Source: Bacteroidia bacterium (lineage in GTDB: Bacteria; Bacteroidota; Bacteroidia; NS11-12g; UBA955). From it: a DNA stretch of 64,000 nt. Positions 28,021 through 39,048 of this stretch are shown here, in pieces. The number at the start of each line of letters is the position of its first letter. Within the stretch, counting starts at the first letter, position 1. Location of the stretch: assembly GCA_041391605.1 (NCBI GenBank), contig JAWKNQ010000002.1:85417-149416 (forward strand), written 5' to 3'. Below the pieces are notes generated by a model that saw only the letters and a list, made by a program, of their open reading frames with translations, did not search any database and was not told where the DNA came from. The translations under genes and the position numbers were made by a program.

Positions 28021-30288
28021 ATGGCTTTCGATTTAGATATGATAAAAAAGGTATATGAAAATATGCCTTCACGTATTGAAGCGGCACGTAAGATGCTTCA
28101 AAAACCCCTAACATTAACAGAAAAGATCTTGTACTCTCATCTAAGCGAGGGAGCACCAACCGAAGTATTTGAAAGAGGGAAAAGTTATGTTGATTTTGCC
28201 CCTGATCGTGTTGCCATGCAAGATGCGACAGCTCAAATGGCATTATTGCAATTTATGCAAGCGGGAAGAGCAAAAGTGGCTGTTCCAAGCACAGTGCATT
28301 GTGATCATTTGATTAATGCTAAAGTAGGAGCAAAAAAGGATTTAGAATTCGCGACTCAGGACAGCAAGGAAGTTTTTGACTTTTTGTCTTCAGTTAGTAA
28401 TAAATATGGATTAGGCTTTTGGAAGCCAGGAGCAGGAATTATTCACCAAGTTGTTTTAGAAAATTATGCATTCCCTGGTGGAATGATGATAGGAACTGAT
28501 TCACACACAGTTAATGCAGGTGGATTAGGAATGGTTGCGGTTGGTGTTGGTGGCGCTGATGCATGTGATGTTATGGCAGGGTTGCCTTGGGAACTGAAAT
28601 TTCCTAAATTAATCGGAATTAAACTAACTGGAAAACTGAGTGGATGGACTTCTCCAAAGGATGTAATCCTAAAAGTTGCCGGTATTTTGACTGTTAAAGG
28701 TGGAACAGGAGCAATAGTGGAATACTTTGGCGAAGGAGCCACATCAATGAGTTGCACAGGTAAAGGAACTATATGCAATATGGGAGCAGAAATAGGTGCA
28801 ACCACATCAACTTTTGCATACGATGATAGCATGGAGAGATACTTACGTGCCACAGATAGAGAAGGAGTTGCTGATTTAGCCAACGGTGTTCGTGAGCATC
28901 TAACTGCAGATCCAGAGTGTTATGCAGAACCAGAAAAATATTTTGATCAAGTAATTGAAGTTAATTTATCTGAATTAGAGCCATATATTAATGGTCCTTT
29001 TACTCCAGATTTAGCAACTCCGATATCTAAAATGAAAGAAGTGGCAGCAGAACACGGCTGGCCTTTAAATGTTGAAGTTGGTTTGATTGGAAGTTGTACG
29101 AATAGCAGTTACGAAGACATATCAAGAGCAGCGAGTTTAGCGAAACAAGTAGCTGATAAAGGCTTAAAAACTAAGTCGGAATTTACAATAACCCCTGGAA
29201 GTGAGCAGGTTAGATACACGATTGAACGAGATGGTTTCATAGAGACTTTTAATAAAATCGGAGGAACTGTATTTGCAAATGCTTGCGGTCCATGTATAGG
29301 TATGTGGACTAGAATGGGTGCAGATAAGAAAGAAAAGAACAGTATTATCCATTCTTTTAATAGAAATTTTGCTGCTCGTCAAGATGGTAACCCAAATACA
29401 CATGCATTTGTTGCTAGTCCTGAAATTACAACTGCATTAGCAATTGCTGGTAGATTGGATTTCAATCCATTAACAGATACACTTGTAAATGAAAAAGGAG
29501 AAGTTGTAAAATTAGAAGAGCCAACTGGAATGGAATTACCTCAAAAAGGGTTCGCCGTTGAAGATGCTGGATATCAGGCTCCTGCCGAAGATGGTTCAAA
29601 TGTGTCAGTTGTTGTTTCCCCTACTAGTAATCGATTGCAGATCTTGTCACCATTTCCAGAATGGGATGGCAAAAATTTAACAGGTATGCGCTTACTAATA
29701 AAGGCGAAAGGTAAATGTACAACAGATCATATCAGTATGGCTGGGCCATGGTTGAAGTTCAGAGGTCACTTAGACAATATCAGTAATAATATGTTAATTG
29801 GGGCGGTAAACTTCTTCAATGACAAAATAAATTCAGTAAAGAATCAAATTACTGGCATTTATGATGAAGTTCCCCAAGTTCAAAGAGAGTATAAGGCCGC
29901 CGGAATTGCCTCAGTAGTTGTTGGAGACGAAAACTATGGAGAAGGATCAAGTAGAGAGCATGCAGCTATGGAACCTAGGCATTTAGGTGTTCGTGTTGTT
30001 TTAACCAAATCGTTTGCTAGGATTCATGAAACGAACCTTAAAAAGCAAGGGATGTTAGGTTTAACTTTCGCAGATAAATCAGATTACGATAAAATTCAAG
30101 AGGATGATACAATTGATCTTTTGGGATTAACCGAATTTGCGCCTAACACTCCATTGAAAATGGTTTTGCATCATGCAGATGGCACTTCTGACACAATTTT
30201 ATGTAACCATACCTATAATATTCATCAAATTGAATGGTTTAAAGCTGGAGCGGCTCTTAATATTATAAGAAAAAAAGCAAATGCTTAA
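28021..30288 (+). CDS. aconitate hydratase (about 755 aa, mitochondrial-type)
   Basis: Blocks [36 protein letters not shown] and [10 protein letters not shown]. Confidence 0.9.
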   Translation: MAFDLDMIKKVYENMPSRIEAARKMLQKPLTLTEKILYSHLSEGAPTEVFERGKSYVDFAPDRVAMQDATAQMALLQFMQAGRAKVAVPSTVHCDHLINAKVGAKKDLEFATQDSKEVFDFLSSVSNKYGLGFWKPGAGIIHQVVLENYAFPGGMMIGTDSHTVNAGGLGMVAVGVGGADACDVMAGLPWELKFPKLIGIKLTGKLSGWTSPKDVILKVAGILTVKGGTGAIVEYFGEGATSMSCTGKGTICNMGAEIGATTSTFAYDDSMERYLRATDREGVADLANGVREHLTADPECYAEPEKYFDQVIEVNLSELEPYINGPFTPDLATPISKMKEVAAEHGWPLNVEVGLIGSCTNSSYEDISRAASLAKQVADKGLKTKSEFTITPGSEQVRYTIERDGFIETFNKIGGTVFANACGPCIGMWTRMGADKKEKNSIIHSFNRNFAARQDGNPNTHAFVASPEITTALAIAGRLDFNPLTDTLVNEKGEVVKLEEPTGMELPQKGFAVEDAGYQAPAEDGSNVSVVVSPTSNRLQILSPFPEWDGKNLTGMRLLIKAKGKCTTDHISMAGPWLKFRGHLDNISNNMLIGAVNFFNDKINSVKNQITGIYDEVPQVQREYKAAGIASVVVGDENYGEGSSREHAAMEPRHLGVRVVLTKSFARIHETNLKKQGMLGLTFADKSDYDKIQEDDTIDLLGLTEFAPNTPLKMVLHHADGTSDTILCNHTYNIHQIEWFKAGAALNIIRKKANA

Positions 30289-30428
30289 GAATAGGTAATT
30301 TGCAGATAATAAGCAGTTTGCGGAATTATTTGTGAGGATTCTCAACTAAAGCATGAAATTCAATTGACTTTTATGAAAAGTAAGGTCTTTTGAATGAATA
30401 AAAAGTTTGCATATTAAAGTTTAATTCC

Positions 30429-30436
30429 TATTTTTG
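30429..30436 (+). promoter_or_regulatory. -7 box (TAttTTTG) upstream of rplS
   Basis: Exact match, 22 nt before the ATG at 30459. Confidence 0.45.
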
Positions 30437-30458
30437 CACTCCCAAAATAATACTCACC

Positions 30459-30800
30459 ATGGATTTAATTAAGTTAGTAGAACAAGAATACATAAAATCT
30501 GACCTTCCAAATTTTAAAGCTGGAGATAAAGTAACAGTTCATTATAAAATCAAAGAAGGAAACAAAGAAAGAATCCAATTGTTTCAAGGTGATGTAATTC
30601 AAAGAAGAAATGCCAACCTAAACGCAACTTTCACAGTTAGAAAGATTTCTAACGGAGTAGGTGTAGAAAGAATTTTTCCTGTTCACTCTCCAAATATTGT
30701 TAAAATTGACGTTAACAAAGTAGGTAAGGTAAGAAGAGCACGTATCTTCTATCTAAGAGGCTTGAGTGGTAAAGCTGCTCGTATTGCAGAGAAACGTTAA
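30459..30800 (+). CDS. rplS: 50S ribosomal protein L19
   Basis: 113 aa with the [29 protein letters not shown]...RRARIFYLR signature. Confidence 0.95.
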   Translation: MDLIKLVEQEYIKSDLPNFKAGDKVTVHYKIKEGNKERIQLFQGDVIQRRNANLNATFTVRKISNGVGVERIFPVHSPNIVKIDVNKVGKVRRARIFYLRGLSGKAARIAEKR

Positions 30801-30829
30801 TTTAGAGAGGTTAATAGTTTTTATAAAAG

Positions 30830-30859
30830 AAGGTCAATATTTAATATTGGCCTTTTTTG
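30830..30859 (+). terminator. intrinsic terminator after rplS
   Basis: Stem aaggtcaatatt/aatattggcctt (one G-U pair) followed by T6. Confidence 0.6.
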
Positions 30860-30881
30860 TTGTAGAATTGTTAATGACTAT

Positions 30882-30913
30882 AAAAAAAGCCAGCTATTCA
30901 ATAATAGCTGGCT
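30882..30913 (-). terminator. intrinsic terminator after the peroxiredoxin gene
   Basis: Stem agccagctatt/aatagctggct. The A7 run on the plus strand reads as a T-run for the minus-strand transcript. Confidence 0.6.
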
Positions 30914-30937
30914 TAAGTATATTGAATATAATAATTA

Positions 30938-31570
30938 TTAGTGTTTGCTCAAGTATTCAGACACACTGCTCACAGACTCCATGATTGCATCTTCACCTGC
31001 TTCCCAGTTTGCAGGGCAAACTTCACCAAACTTTTCATTGTGTTGTAATGCATCAATCATTCTTAATGTCTCGTCTACGTTACGACCTAGTGGCAAATGG
31101 TTAACCGTTTGGTGCATAACGATACCTTCTTTATTTATAAGAAATAAGCCTCTGAATGAGATCATTGGTCCATTGGCTGACAATTCACCATCTTCAGTGT
31201 AATCGTAATTGCCAAATAAGACATCATAATTGGTAGCTATTGTTTTTGTGGTATCCGCAACAATTGGATATTTTACACCTTCAATTCCACCTTTATCTTT
31301 AGGCATTTGCAACCAGCTAAAATGACTTTCTTCAGTATCTGTGCTGCAAGCAACTAATTTAACACCTCTTTTTTCAAATTCATCTAATTTTGATTGAAAT
31401 GCGTGTAATTCTGTTGGACAAACAAAAGTGAAGTCTTTTGGATAAAAAAACAGAATAACATGGTTTTTACCTAAGTATTGATCTAAACTAAAATCTTTAA
31501 CGATCTCTTCTCCGTTAATAACAGCTGGGGCACTAAAGTGCGGCGCTTTTTTTCCTACTAGTACTGACAT
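30938..31570 (-). CDS. typical 2-Cys peroxiredoxin (AhpC/Prx1 type)
   Basis: FFYPKDFTFVCPTE peroxidatic site and a C-terminal EVCPANW resolving Cys. Confidence 0.9.
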   Translation of the reverse strand: MSVLVGKKAPHFSAPAVINGEEIVKDFSLDQYLGKNHVILFFYPKDFTFVCPTELHAFQSKLDEFEKRGVKLVACSTDTEESHFSWLQMPKDKGGIEGVKYPIVADTTKTIATNYDVLFGNYDYTEDGELSANGPMISFRGLFLINKEGIVMHQTVNHLPLGRNVDETLRMIDALQHNEKFGEVCPANWEAGEDAIMESVSSVSEYLSKH

Positions 31571-31680
31571 AATGCCGCAAATTTGCGCATAAAATCATAA
31601 ATTTCATCATAGAAACTTGTAATTAAATTATATATCTTATCTATATAATTTAATAGATTTATAAGTTATGGTTATTATTA

Positions 31681-31710
31681 AAAACTTGGCTTAAAACCAA
31701 TTCTTAAGCC
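31681..31710 (-). terminator. probable terminator after the desaturase gene
   Basis: Minus-strand stem ggcttaa/ttaagcc overlapping the stop codon, followed by aagttttt. Confidence 0.4.
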
Positions 31711-32774
31711 CTGCCCATTGCCTTCAAATGAGAAATATGAGAAGCTACAGCCAGTCTTACTTTTGGGTACTCAATGTAAGGGATGTTGTATTCTCTACAA
31801 ACTTCTTTGACAATTTCACTAATTGCGGGATAATGTATATGAGAAATATGTGGAAATAAGTGATGCTCAATTTGGTAGTTTAATCCTCCAGTGAACCATG
31901 AAACTATTTTGTTTTTGGTTGCAAAGTTTGCTGTTGTTTTTAACTGGTGAACAGCCCATTCATCTTCAACTTTTCCAGTTTGAACATCTACAGTAGGGAA
32001 ATGTGTGTCAGTTACAGTATGGGCCAATTGGAATACTAAGCTCAAAACGATACCTGCAAATAATCCATATGTGAGGAATCCAATTAACCAAGTTGTGAAT
32101 CCCACTACTATAATTGGAATAACAACAAATAATACGATATGCAATGCTTTAAATCCCCAGAACGTAAAATGTTCTGATAAGCTCATTTTTTTAATTGGCA
32201 TTTGACCAACTTTTTTTGTGAAATACTTTTTGTAATCGGTGAAGAATATCCAATAAATGTATAACAATGAATAAGCCATTAAAAAATAAATGTGTTGGAA
32301 TCTGTGGATTTTGTATCTTTTTTGAGTTTCACAAAGACGCAAGAACGGCTTCGCATTAATATCATCATCCATTCCTTCAATATTAGTAAAAGTGTGATGA
32401 ACGACATTGTGTTTCGTCTTCCACATAAAGACATTTGCTCCTAAAACATTTAAAGATAGCCCTGCTAATTCATTTAACCATTTTTGTTGACTAAAGCTTC
32501 CGTGCGCACCATCGTGCATAATGTTAAATCCAATTTCAGCTGTTATAGCTCCTAAAATCATACACTCAAGCAAGCTAATAACAAGGATATCAGAAGTAAA
32601 AAACACCAAATGAACATAAACTGCAATGAAACTAGCAACCAAAATGCTTGCTTTTGTATATAATTTGATATTCCCAGTTGGTTTCGATTTTATTGCAACA
32701 AAATAATCATTGATTCTTTTTCTTAATTCAGAGTGAAATGAGTTTGTTGGGTTTAAGAATTTAGGTATAATCAT
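31704..32774 (-). CDS. membrane fatty acid desaturase
   Basis: Three histidine boxes (HDGAHGS, HNVVHH, QIEHHLFP) and four hydrophobic spans. Confidence 0.8.
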   Translation of the reverse strand: MIIPKFLNPTNSFHSELRKRINDYFVAIKSKPTGNIKLYTKASILVASFIAVYVHLVFFTSDILVISLLECMILGAITAEIGFNIMHDGAHGSFSQQKWLNELAGLSLNVLGANVFMWKTKHNVVHHTFTNIEGMDDDINAKPFLRLCETQKRYKIHRFQHIYFLMAYSLLYIYWIFFTDYKKYFTKKVGQMPIKKMSLSEHFTFWGFKALHIVLFVVIPIIVVGFTTWLIGFLTYGLFAGIVLSLVFQLAHTVTDTHFPTVDVQTGKVEDEWAVHQLKTTANFATKNKIVSWFTGGLNYQIEHHLFPHISHIHYPAISEIVKEVCREYNIPYIEYPKVRLAVASHISHLKAMGRA

Positions 32775-32960
32775 GTATTGATTTTTATAAATTTATGGTG
32801 CAAATTTAATACTATTCCCCAATAAATTAATCAAGTTTTTTAAGTAGCCATAGGATGTAGAATAAATCGAATTGATTTATAGGCATTTAACCGAATCAAT
32901 ATTGATTAAATAAATTGTGATATTTAAGGGAAAAAAGCAATATATGCATGGATATTACAT

Positions 32961-32968
32961 TATCTTTG
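32961..32968 (+). promoter_or_regulatory. -7 box (TAtcTTTG) upstream of the pseudouridine synthase gene
   Basis: Exact match, 8 nt before the ATG at 32977. It lies inside the longer GTG-started track ORF, so it supports the 32977 start. Confidence 0.4.
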
Positions 32969-32976
32969 CAGTTGAT

Positions 32977-34323
32977 ATGCCTTCTCGCAGAAATAATAGT
33001 GACAATTCAAGAAAACCATTCAAGAAAAAGGATGGATATGGCTCAGATTCTGATTCAAAAAAGTATAAAGGAAAGCCTGAGTTTAAGCGCAGTTCAAAGC
33101 CCAAAAGTTTTGATAGGAATTCAAACGATCCAAATGAATTGGCACCACCACGTTTTATAGCAAGAGAAGACAAACCAAGTTATAAAAAAAGGTCTGAAGA
33201 TCCGAGAAATTCTTCTCGACCATATAATGATAGAAGGAAATCATCTTTTGATAGATCTTCTGATGAGTTTGGTAAAAAGAAGTTTCCAAAAGCTGAAGGT
33301 AGAGGACCAAGATTTGATTCACGTAAAGATGCAAGACCTGATGGTCCTGACAAAAGAGGCAACTTCTCATCAGAGGATAGGAAACCGTATTCAAGAGGAA
33401 AAAGTTTTGAGAAAGACAGCAGAGGACGCAATTCCAATCGCCCTTTTGACCAAGAGAACAGAGGCGGGAACTTCAAAACAAATGGAGACGAAATTAAAAG
33501 ACCATTTAAGCCTAAATATGATCCTGAAGTTAAAAACAAGAAAAGCTTTAGAGATAGAAAGAATGAGTTGCTTGGTGTAACTGATAGCCCGGATGATATT
33601 CGTTTGAATAAATACATTGCAAATTCAGGTGTTTGCAGTAGAAGAGAAGCAGATTCCCTTATAGAACAAGGGTTAGTTACTGTTGATGGTAAAGTAGTCA
33701 CTGAGATGGGTTATAGAGTGAAAAAAGGTGAAGTTGTTAAATACGATGGACAAAAGATACTGCCAGAGCCATTTGTTTATATTTTGATGAATAAACCGAA
33801 AGACTTTATTACAACTACAGATGATGATAAAGGTCGGAAAACTGTTCTAGATTTATTAGCAGATAAAGTTCCTCAAAGAATTTATCCAATTGGACGATTA
33901 GACAGAAATACAACAGGAGTGCTGCTACTAACCAACGATGGAGATGTTGCTCAAGCTTTATCTCATCCATCTTATCAAGTCAAGAAGATTTACCATGTCG
34001 TTTTAGACAAGAAGGTCAGTGGAACTGATTTAGATAAGTTGGTTGAAGGTGTAGAATTAGAAGATGGACTTGTTCACGCGGATACAGTTGCTTTTGTTGA
34101 CAATGAGGATAGAAGACACGTTGGTGTCGAAATTCACAGTGGTAAAAATCGAGTTGTGAGAAGAATGTTTGAACATCTTGGTTACGAAGTTGAAAAATTG
34201 GATAGAGTGAGTATGGGGATTTTTACAAAGAAAGATCTTCCTCGAGGTAAATGGCGATATTTAAATCAGAGTGAAGTTGGATTCTTATCCAAGTTAAAAG
34301 CAAATATGGCTAAATTGTCATAA
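32977..34323 (+). CDS. RluB/RsuA-family pseudouridine synthase with an N-terminal basic low-complexity extension of about 215 aa
   Basis: S4 domain (IRLNKYIANSGVCSRREADxLI) and catalytic GRLDRNTTGVLLLTNDG. The N-terminus is rich in R/K/S/D/P/F. Confidence 0.85.
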   Translation: MPSRRNNSDNSRKPFKKKDGYGSDSDSKKYKGKPEFKRSSKPKSFDRNSNDPNELAPPRFIAREDKPSYKKRSEDPRNSSRPYNDRRKSSFDRSSDEFGKKKFPKAEGRGPRFDSRKDARPDGPDKRGNFSSEDRKPYSRGKSFEKDSRGRNSNRPFDQENRGGNFKTNGDEIKRPFKPKYDPEVKNKKSFRDRKNELLGVTDSPDDIRLNKYIANSGVCSRREADSLIEQGLVTVDGKVVTEMGYRVKKGEVVKYDGQKILPEPFVYILMNKPKDFITTTDDDKGRKTVLDLLADKVPQRIYPIGRLDRNTTGVLLLTNDGDVAQALSHPSYQVKKIYHVVLDKKVSGTDLDKLVEGVELEDGLVHADTVAFVDNEDRRHVGVEIHSGKNRVVRRMFEHLGYEVEKLDRVSMGIFTKKDLPRGKWRYLNQSEVGFLSKLKANMAKLS

Positions 34324-34378
34324 TTCGGTAAAAAATTTGAAATTTAAGAATATTAAAATTCATTTTCATGTAACTTTC

Positions 34379-35083
34379 ATGAAGATGAATTTATATCAAT
34401 ACGTCCAAGATTTTTTAGGTTTATTTTATCCAAACACCTGTCTCAATTGTGAATGTCTGCTCTACAAAAGTGAAAAATTTATATGTACAAATTGCTTAAT
34501 AAATTTACCTATTATTGGCTATTTTGATAAAGATAAACACCCAGTTGAACATATATTCCATGGGAGAATAAAATTGTTTCAAGCAGATGCATGGCTTTAC
34601 TTTAAAAAAGGGGGAATTTCACAGAAGTTAATGCATGAACTGAAGTATAATGGCAATTACAATTTAGGGGTTTATTTGGGGAGTAAATACGGGCAAAGTC
34701 TTAAAAAACAGGAGTGTAATGAGTTGCCAGATATTGTCACTTTTGTTCCAATGCATCCAAAAAAACAAAGAGTTAGAGGATACAATCAGAGTCAAGCAAT
34801 TGCTGAAGGATTTGCCAAAGCATTAGGTGTTCCATTGCACGATAATTTAATAATCAAGTGTAAGAATAGTCGAACTCAGACTCGAAAAAAGAAATATGAA
34901 CGCTGGGATAATTCCAAGGATAGCTATTCATTAAATTCAAATGTTTTGGACGTTAAAATGAATATTGGGCTGATCGACGACGTGGTCACAACTGGTGCAA
35001 CATTAGAAGCTTGTTCTACCTTACTTAAAGAGAGTGGGTTTGAAAAAACAAGTGTATTTGCGTTGTGTTTAGCAATTAATTAA
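34379..35083 (+). CDS. ComF family phosphoribosyltransferase-domain protein
   Basis: N-terminal CxxC...CxxC zinc-finger-like pairs and a C-terminal PRPP-binding loop (IGLIDDVVTTGATL). Confidence 0.75.
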   Translation: MKMNLYQYVQDFLGLFYPNTCLNCECLLYKSEKFICTNCLINLPIIGYFDKDKHPVEHIFHGRIKLFQADAWLYFKKGGISQKLMHELKYNGNYNLGVYLGSKYGQSLKKQECNELPDIVTFVPMHPKKQRVRGYNQSQAIAEGFAKALGVPLHDNLIIKCKNSRTQTRKKKYERWDNSKDSYSLNSNVLDVKMNIGLIDDVVTTGATLEACSTLLKESGFEKTSVFALCLAIN

Positions 35084-35089
35084 TTTTAT

Positions 35090-35097
35090 TATATTTG
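35090..35097 (+). promoter_or_regulatory. -7 box (TAtaTTTG) upstream of the Calx-beta protein gene
   Basis: Exact match, 19 nt before the ATG at 35117. Confidence 0.45.
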
Positions 35098-35116
35098 CGC
35101 AAAAAGGAAGTTTTAA

Positions 35117-38100
35117 ATGAAAAAAAATATCGTTACCCTCATGTTATCTGTTTTTGTTGCAATTTGTGCGAATGCTCAAAAACCAATCGTAGGACAATTT
35201 ATTGGTGAAAAGATTCCATTATATTGTGGATCAACAGGAAGTTCAAGTGCAGATTCTACACGTTTGCCAATTTTGTTTCAAGCAAAGTTAGATGGATTAA
35301 TACCAGGGGCCAAGTACAAGTATTATGTTCGATTCATTCGTTTGGCTGATACTGCAAATTCTTCTGCAACTGGAGCTGGTACATCTCTGTTTATTCGAAA
35401 AAAAGGAACATGGACATCATCAAGTAGTCCGAATTTGAGTAACTCTGGTGCACATGATACTTTAGGCTTATCTATTGGAGAAGCCGAATATTTGGGATGG
35501 TTCGGAGCAATATACGACAACGATGGCCGCTTCACTCCAGGAGAGTTTGTTTATCCAATGATTGTTATCGAGGAAATAGGCAGTGGATTAAGCCCTCAAA
35601 AATTTTATTTAACAGATTCTATACAAGTTTTAGCGTTTTCAAATAGTCAAAGTTCAGGAAATGGAACTGCAATTCATGGAGCATCTTTTTTAGGAGGAAA
35701 AAACATTGTTTTATTATACGATGATGATAAAGGATTAACCAGAAGACCTGTTTCAATTACATATTCGGAAAATGAAAGTTTGTCTTTTTCTAATATGCAA
35801 AATTGGTATACTAATAAGGTAAACGCAAAATCAGGAGCTTGGGGAACTATTATACCCAATGACCTAAGCAATGGAATCCGTAGAATTGAAAGTCGTGATG
35901 TTGGTTTTGATACTATTATATTTGCAAACATTGAATTAGATGCTACATGGGGTAATGATTCGACGGTAAATAGGAGCGGAGGAGCAACAAATCCTGTAAG
36001 CATTAAAAGTGATTATGCACCATTGTTAATGCCAGAATTTCAGTTTGTGAATGTTCAAACCAACGTTGTGGAAGCTAATTCGACTGTAAATATTTTAGTT
36101 CGAAGAAGATATGGAAATGGAGATTCAAGTAAAATAAGTGCTTTTAGAAATGCAGGAACGGCAACAGACAGTGTTGACTTCAAAATAACGAGCACATTTC
36201 CAAAAGTATTTAAGCCATATGGAGAGGCAATAGACACAATTAAGGTTGATATCATTGATGATTTTAGCAGTGAAGCAACCGAAAATATTGCAATACGCTT
36301 AAACAAGCCAGTTAATGCAAGGGTTGGGTTCCAAACTACCCACTCAATCAATATCACGGATAATGATATTCCTGTAGTTTCATTCGACAAAAATACTATT
36401 ACCACAAAAGAAGGAGTAGGAACAATAAAAGTAAAGTTAAGAATAAATCTTGGTTCAACATCTGCAACAGATGTTAAGGTAGTTGTTAAACAAAAATCTG
36501 ATAGTACTTTTATTCCAGCTGAATTTAAAATGGGTTCCAGCAACACAGACACTACTGTTCAGTTTGCAGGAGGAAAAATTGTTGATAGCTTGGAATTTGA
36601 TCTTGCTATCGTAGACGATATCTTTAGTGAAGACAGAAGTGATACAGTTATTTTGGCTTTGAGAAGTCCAACTGCACCTGCTATTGTTGGAACGGATTCA
36701 TTATTAATGCTTGTGATTGAAGATAATGATGCACCTTCTTTATATTGGTTAAGTCAAAGTAAAATGACCGTTAAAGAAGATGTTGGATCAGTAAAGATTA
36801 GAATAAACAAACAGAATGGTAATATCAATCAAAGTGACATTATTGTAAGTTATGATTCGGATGCGAAATTTGCGCAGCCTGGTTCAGATTTTACTTTCAA
36901 TACTCAACTTTTATCCTTTTTTACAACTGACCCTGACAGTTTTATCATTACAGTTCCTATTATAAATGATAATTTTAGTGAACCTACAAAAGATGCTGTT
37001 ATTTTCATTAGAAACTCTTTCAATTCAAGGATAGGAAAGCCAGATACCATCAGAATAACCATTCTAGACGATGATTTGCCAGAATATAAAATAGCTACAG
37101 CAACTAATTCAAAGTCACCGAACTTTATCCCTGATAGTTTAAACATTAAATGTGCAATAAGAGGGGTGGTTTATGGTGTAAATATGGGACCTGTCGGTGC
37201 AACACAAGGATTGTCATTTACAGTTAGAGACAACACTGGAGGAATTCAAGTTTACAAGCCTTCAGGAGGAACAAAAGGATACACGGTCACTGAAGGTGAT
37301 AGTGTTTTGGTTTATGGAACAATTTCCCAATTAAACGGGATGTCTCAAATGAGTCAGATTGATACCATCTACAAACTTGGAAGTGGAAGAGCTTTGAAAA
37401 GTCCAACAGTAATAAATGTACTTTCAGAAGCAACTGAATCAGATTTAGTGAAGTTTGATTTGGTTAAATTAGCTGACCCAAGTGCATGGCCAACTTCACT
37501 TTGCTAGTAATACGACATTAACTTTGAATGTGATTACACAAACAGGAAGTTTTAATATGATAATAGATAGTGAAACTGATATAGACGGAAAACCAGCTCC
37601 ATCTGGATTCTTTAATGTTAGTGGTATTGGAGGACAAGTTGATAATTCAAGTCCATATTCTTCTAATTACTTCTTGTACCCTAGAAGAATTTCGGATTTT
37701 ACCAATTTGGTTGTTCCTGTTTTTGGATTTACTCAAGACTCTTCAAGAGGTATTGAAAATAGAGATAGTAGTGAAGGTTTTGTTCTTCAATGTGCTAATC
37801 TTACTTCCAACAAACAAATTACAATTCGATTAAAAGTGGTACTGCTACCCTGAAATGTAGATTATCAAGCAAATTCATTCAAATTGTACATCTTAACACC
37901 TTCTAAACCAAGTGAGGTTATTAAAGTCAAAATGAACGACGATAATAATCCTGAACAGGAAGAATATGTTGTTTTTGCAATAAGAGATAACCCATGGGAA
38001 CGCTTGTAGGTCCTGATAGTATTCATGTATTAAAAGTTATTGATGATGAAACTGTTGGATTGGATGAAAGTTTTTGGGCATCAAAAACTAAAATTTATCC

Positions 38101-38313
38101 GAACCCTGCCAACAAACTAGTAAATCTATTTGCTGAGCAAAACACGATTCAATCCATAAGCATATTAGATGTTAATGGTCGTGAGGTTAGAGTGTTTAAT
38201 GAGCTAAATACAAATAATCCAGTTTTGATATTGAAGGATTAGCTAAAGGCTTATACACGCTTTCAATAGAAAGTGAGAAAGGCAAGTTTACCAAGAAACT
38301 AAGTATATTTTAA
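35117..38313 (+). pseudogene. large Calx-beta repeat surface protein with T9SS type A C-terminal sorting domain, with at least 4 frameshifts in its last 0.8 kb
   Basis: Signal peptide and repeated Calx-beta-like units (SxxVxxxRRxG...GTATxxVDF/Y). Pieces 35117-37507, 37482-37853, about 37850-37990 and 37994-38242 join with the tail LAKGLYTLSIESEKGKFTKKLSIF, which ends at the TAA 38311-38313. One shift maps to the T-run 38223-38226. Confidence 0.7.
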
Positions 38314-38320
38314 TTATAAA

Positions 38321-38347
38321 AGCGCCACTAACAGTGGCGCTTTTTTT
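38321..38347 (+). terminator. intrinsic terminator after the Calx-beta gene
   Basis: Perfect 9-bp stem agcgccact/agtggcgct with a 3-nt loop, followed by T7. Confidence 0.8.
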
Positions 38348-38352
38348 ATCAT

Positions 38353-39008
38353 ATGAGCAATACGTATTTTAATAATGAGTATTTGAGTTTTTTCAGAGAA
38401 TTAGCTTCAAATAATAACAAAGATTGGTTTGATCCAATAGAAACAGATACCAAACGTATGTTAAAAAACCATTCGAGAATTTTATTGCGGATTTGATAGA
38501 AGCAAATAGGAAAGATGGAAATCTTGGTGATTTAAAACCTTCTGAATGCATCTTTAGAATCAATAAAGATGTTAGGTTTAGCAAAGATAAGACTCCACAA
38601 ATTGAAATGTCAGCTTTAATAAATAAGGGAGGAAAGAAGAATATGGTCGACCCAGGTTTATATATCTCTCTTGACCTGAGTTTATGCATATCTACACAGG
38701 ATTATATATGCTTGAGAAAGATCATCTTATGAAAGTAAGGGAAAATTGCAAATAATCCTGAGAAGTTTGATAAAAATTTTACAATCGGCTGGGTTTAAGA
38801 AATATTTGGTGAAGTAAAAGGAGAAAAATCCAAAATCCTACCGCCTGGAATAAAAGAAAAGTCAAAGGCTCATCCATTAATTTATAATAAGCAGTTTTAT
38901 GTATTTAATCGATCTGAGGCTGAGAAAATACTAGACAAAGACTTACTTAAATTTGTTCAAACCCATTATAAAAATGCTAAGGCATACAACGAATTTCTAA
39001 GCACCTGA
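38353..39008 (+). pseudogene. DUF2461 (TIGR02453-like) family protein, multiply frameshifted
   Basis: Family hallmarks are scattered over three frames: FFRELASNNNKDWF, FRINKDVRFSKDKTP, and the tail KPHPLIYNKQFYVF...FVQTHYKNAKAYNEFL. Confidence 0.6.
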
Positions 39009-39036
39009 TTTTTTCGTTTTAAAGTTTAAATCAAAC

Positions 39037-39044
39037 TACCTTTG
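39037..39044 (+). promoter_or_regulatory. -7 box (TAccTTTG) abutting the marC-like start
   Basis: Exact match, only 4 nt before the ATG at 39049. Confidence 0.4.
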
Positions 39045-39048
39045 CAAA

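Noticed and set aside
28464-28883. 139-aa minus-strand ORF in aconitase. Similar antisense ORFs lie at 36055-36552, 35674-36003, 24768-25142, 21029-21415, 26185-26505, 7157-7477 and 40132-40413.
   Set aside because: Each sits entirely inside a well-supported conserved gene on the opposite strand and has no motif of its own.
32948-33701. Cluster of overlapping ORFs (33180-33701 minus 173 aa, 33227-33580 plus 117 aa, and others).
   Set aside because: All lie within the compositionally biased N-terminal extension of the pseudouridine synthase gene. They are alternative-frame artefacts with no start context or motifs.
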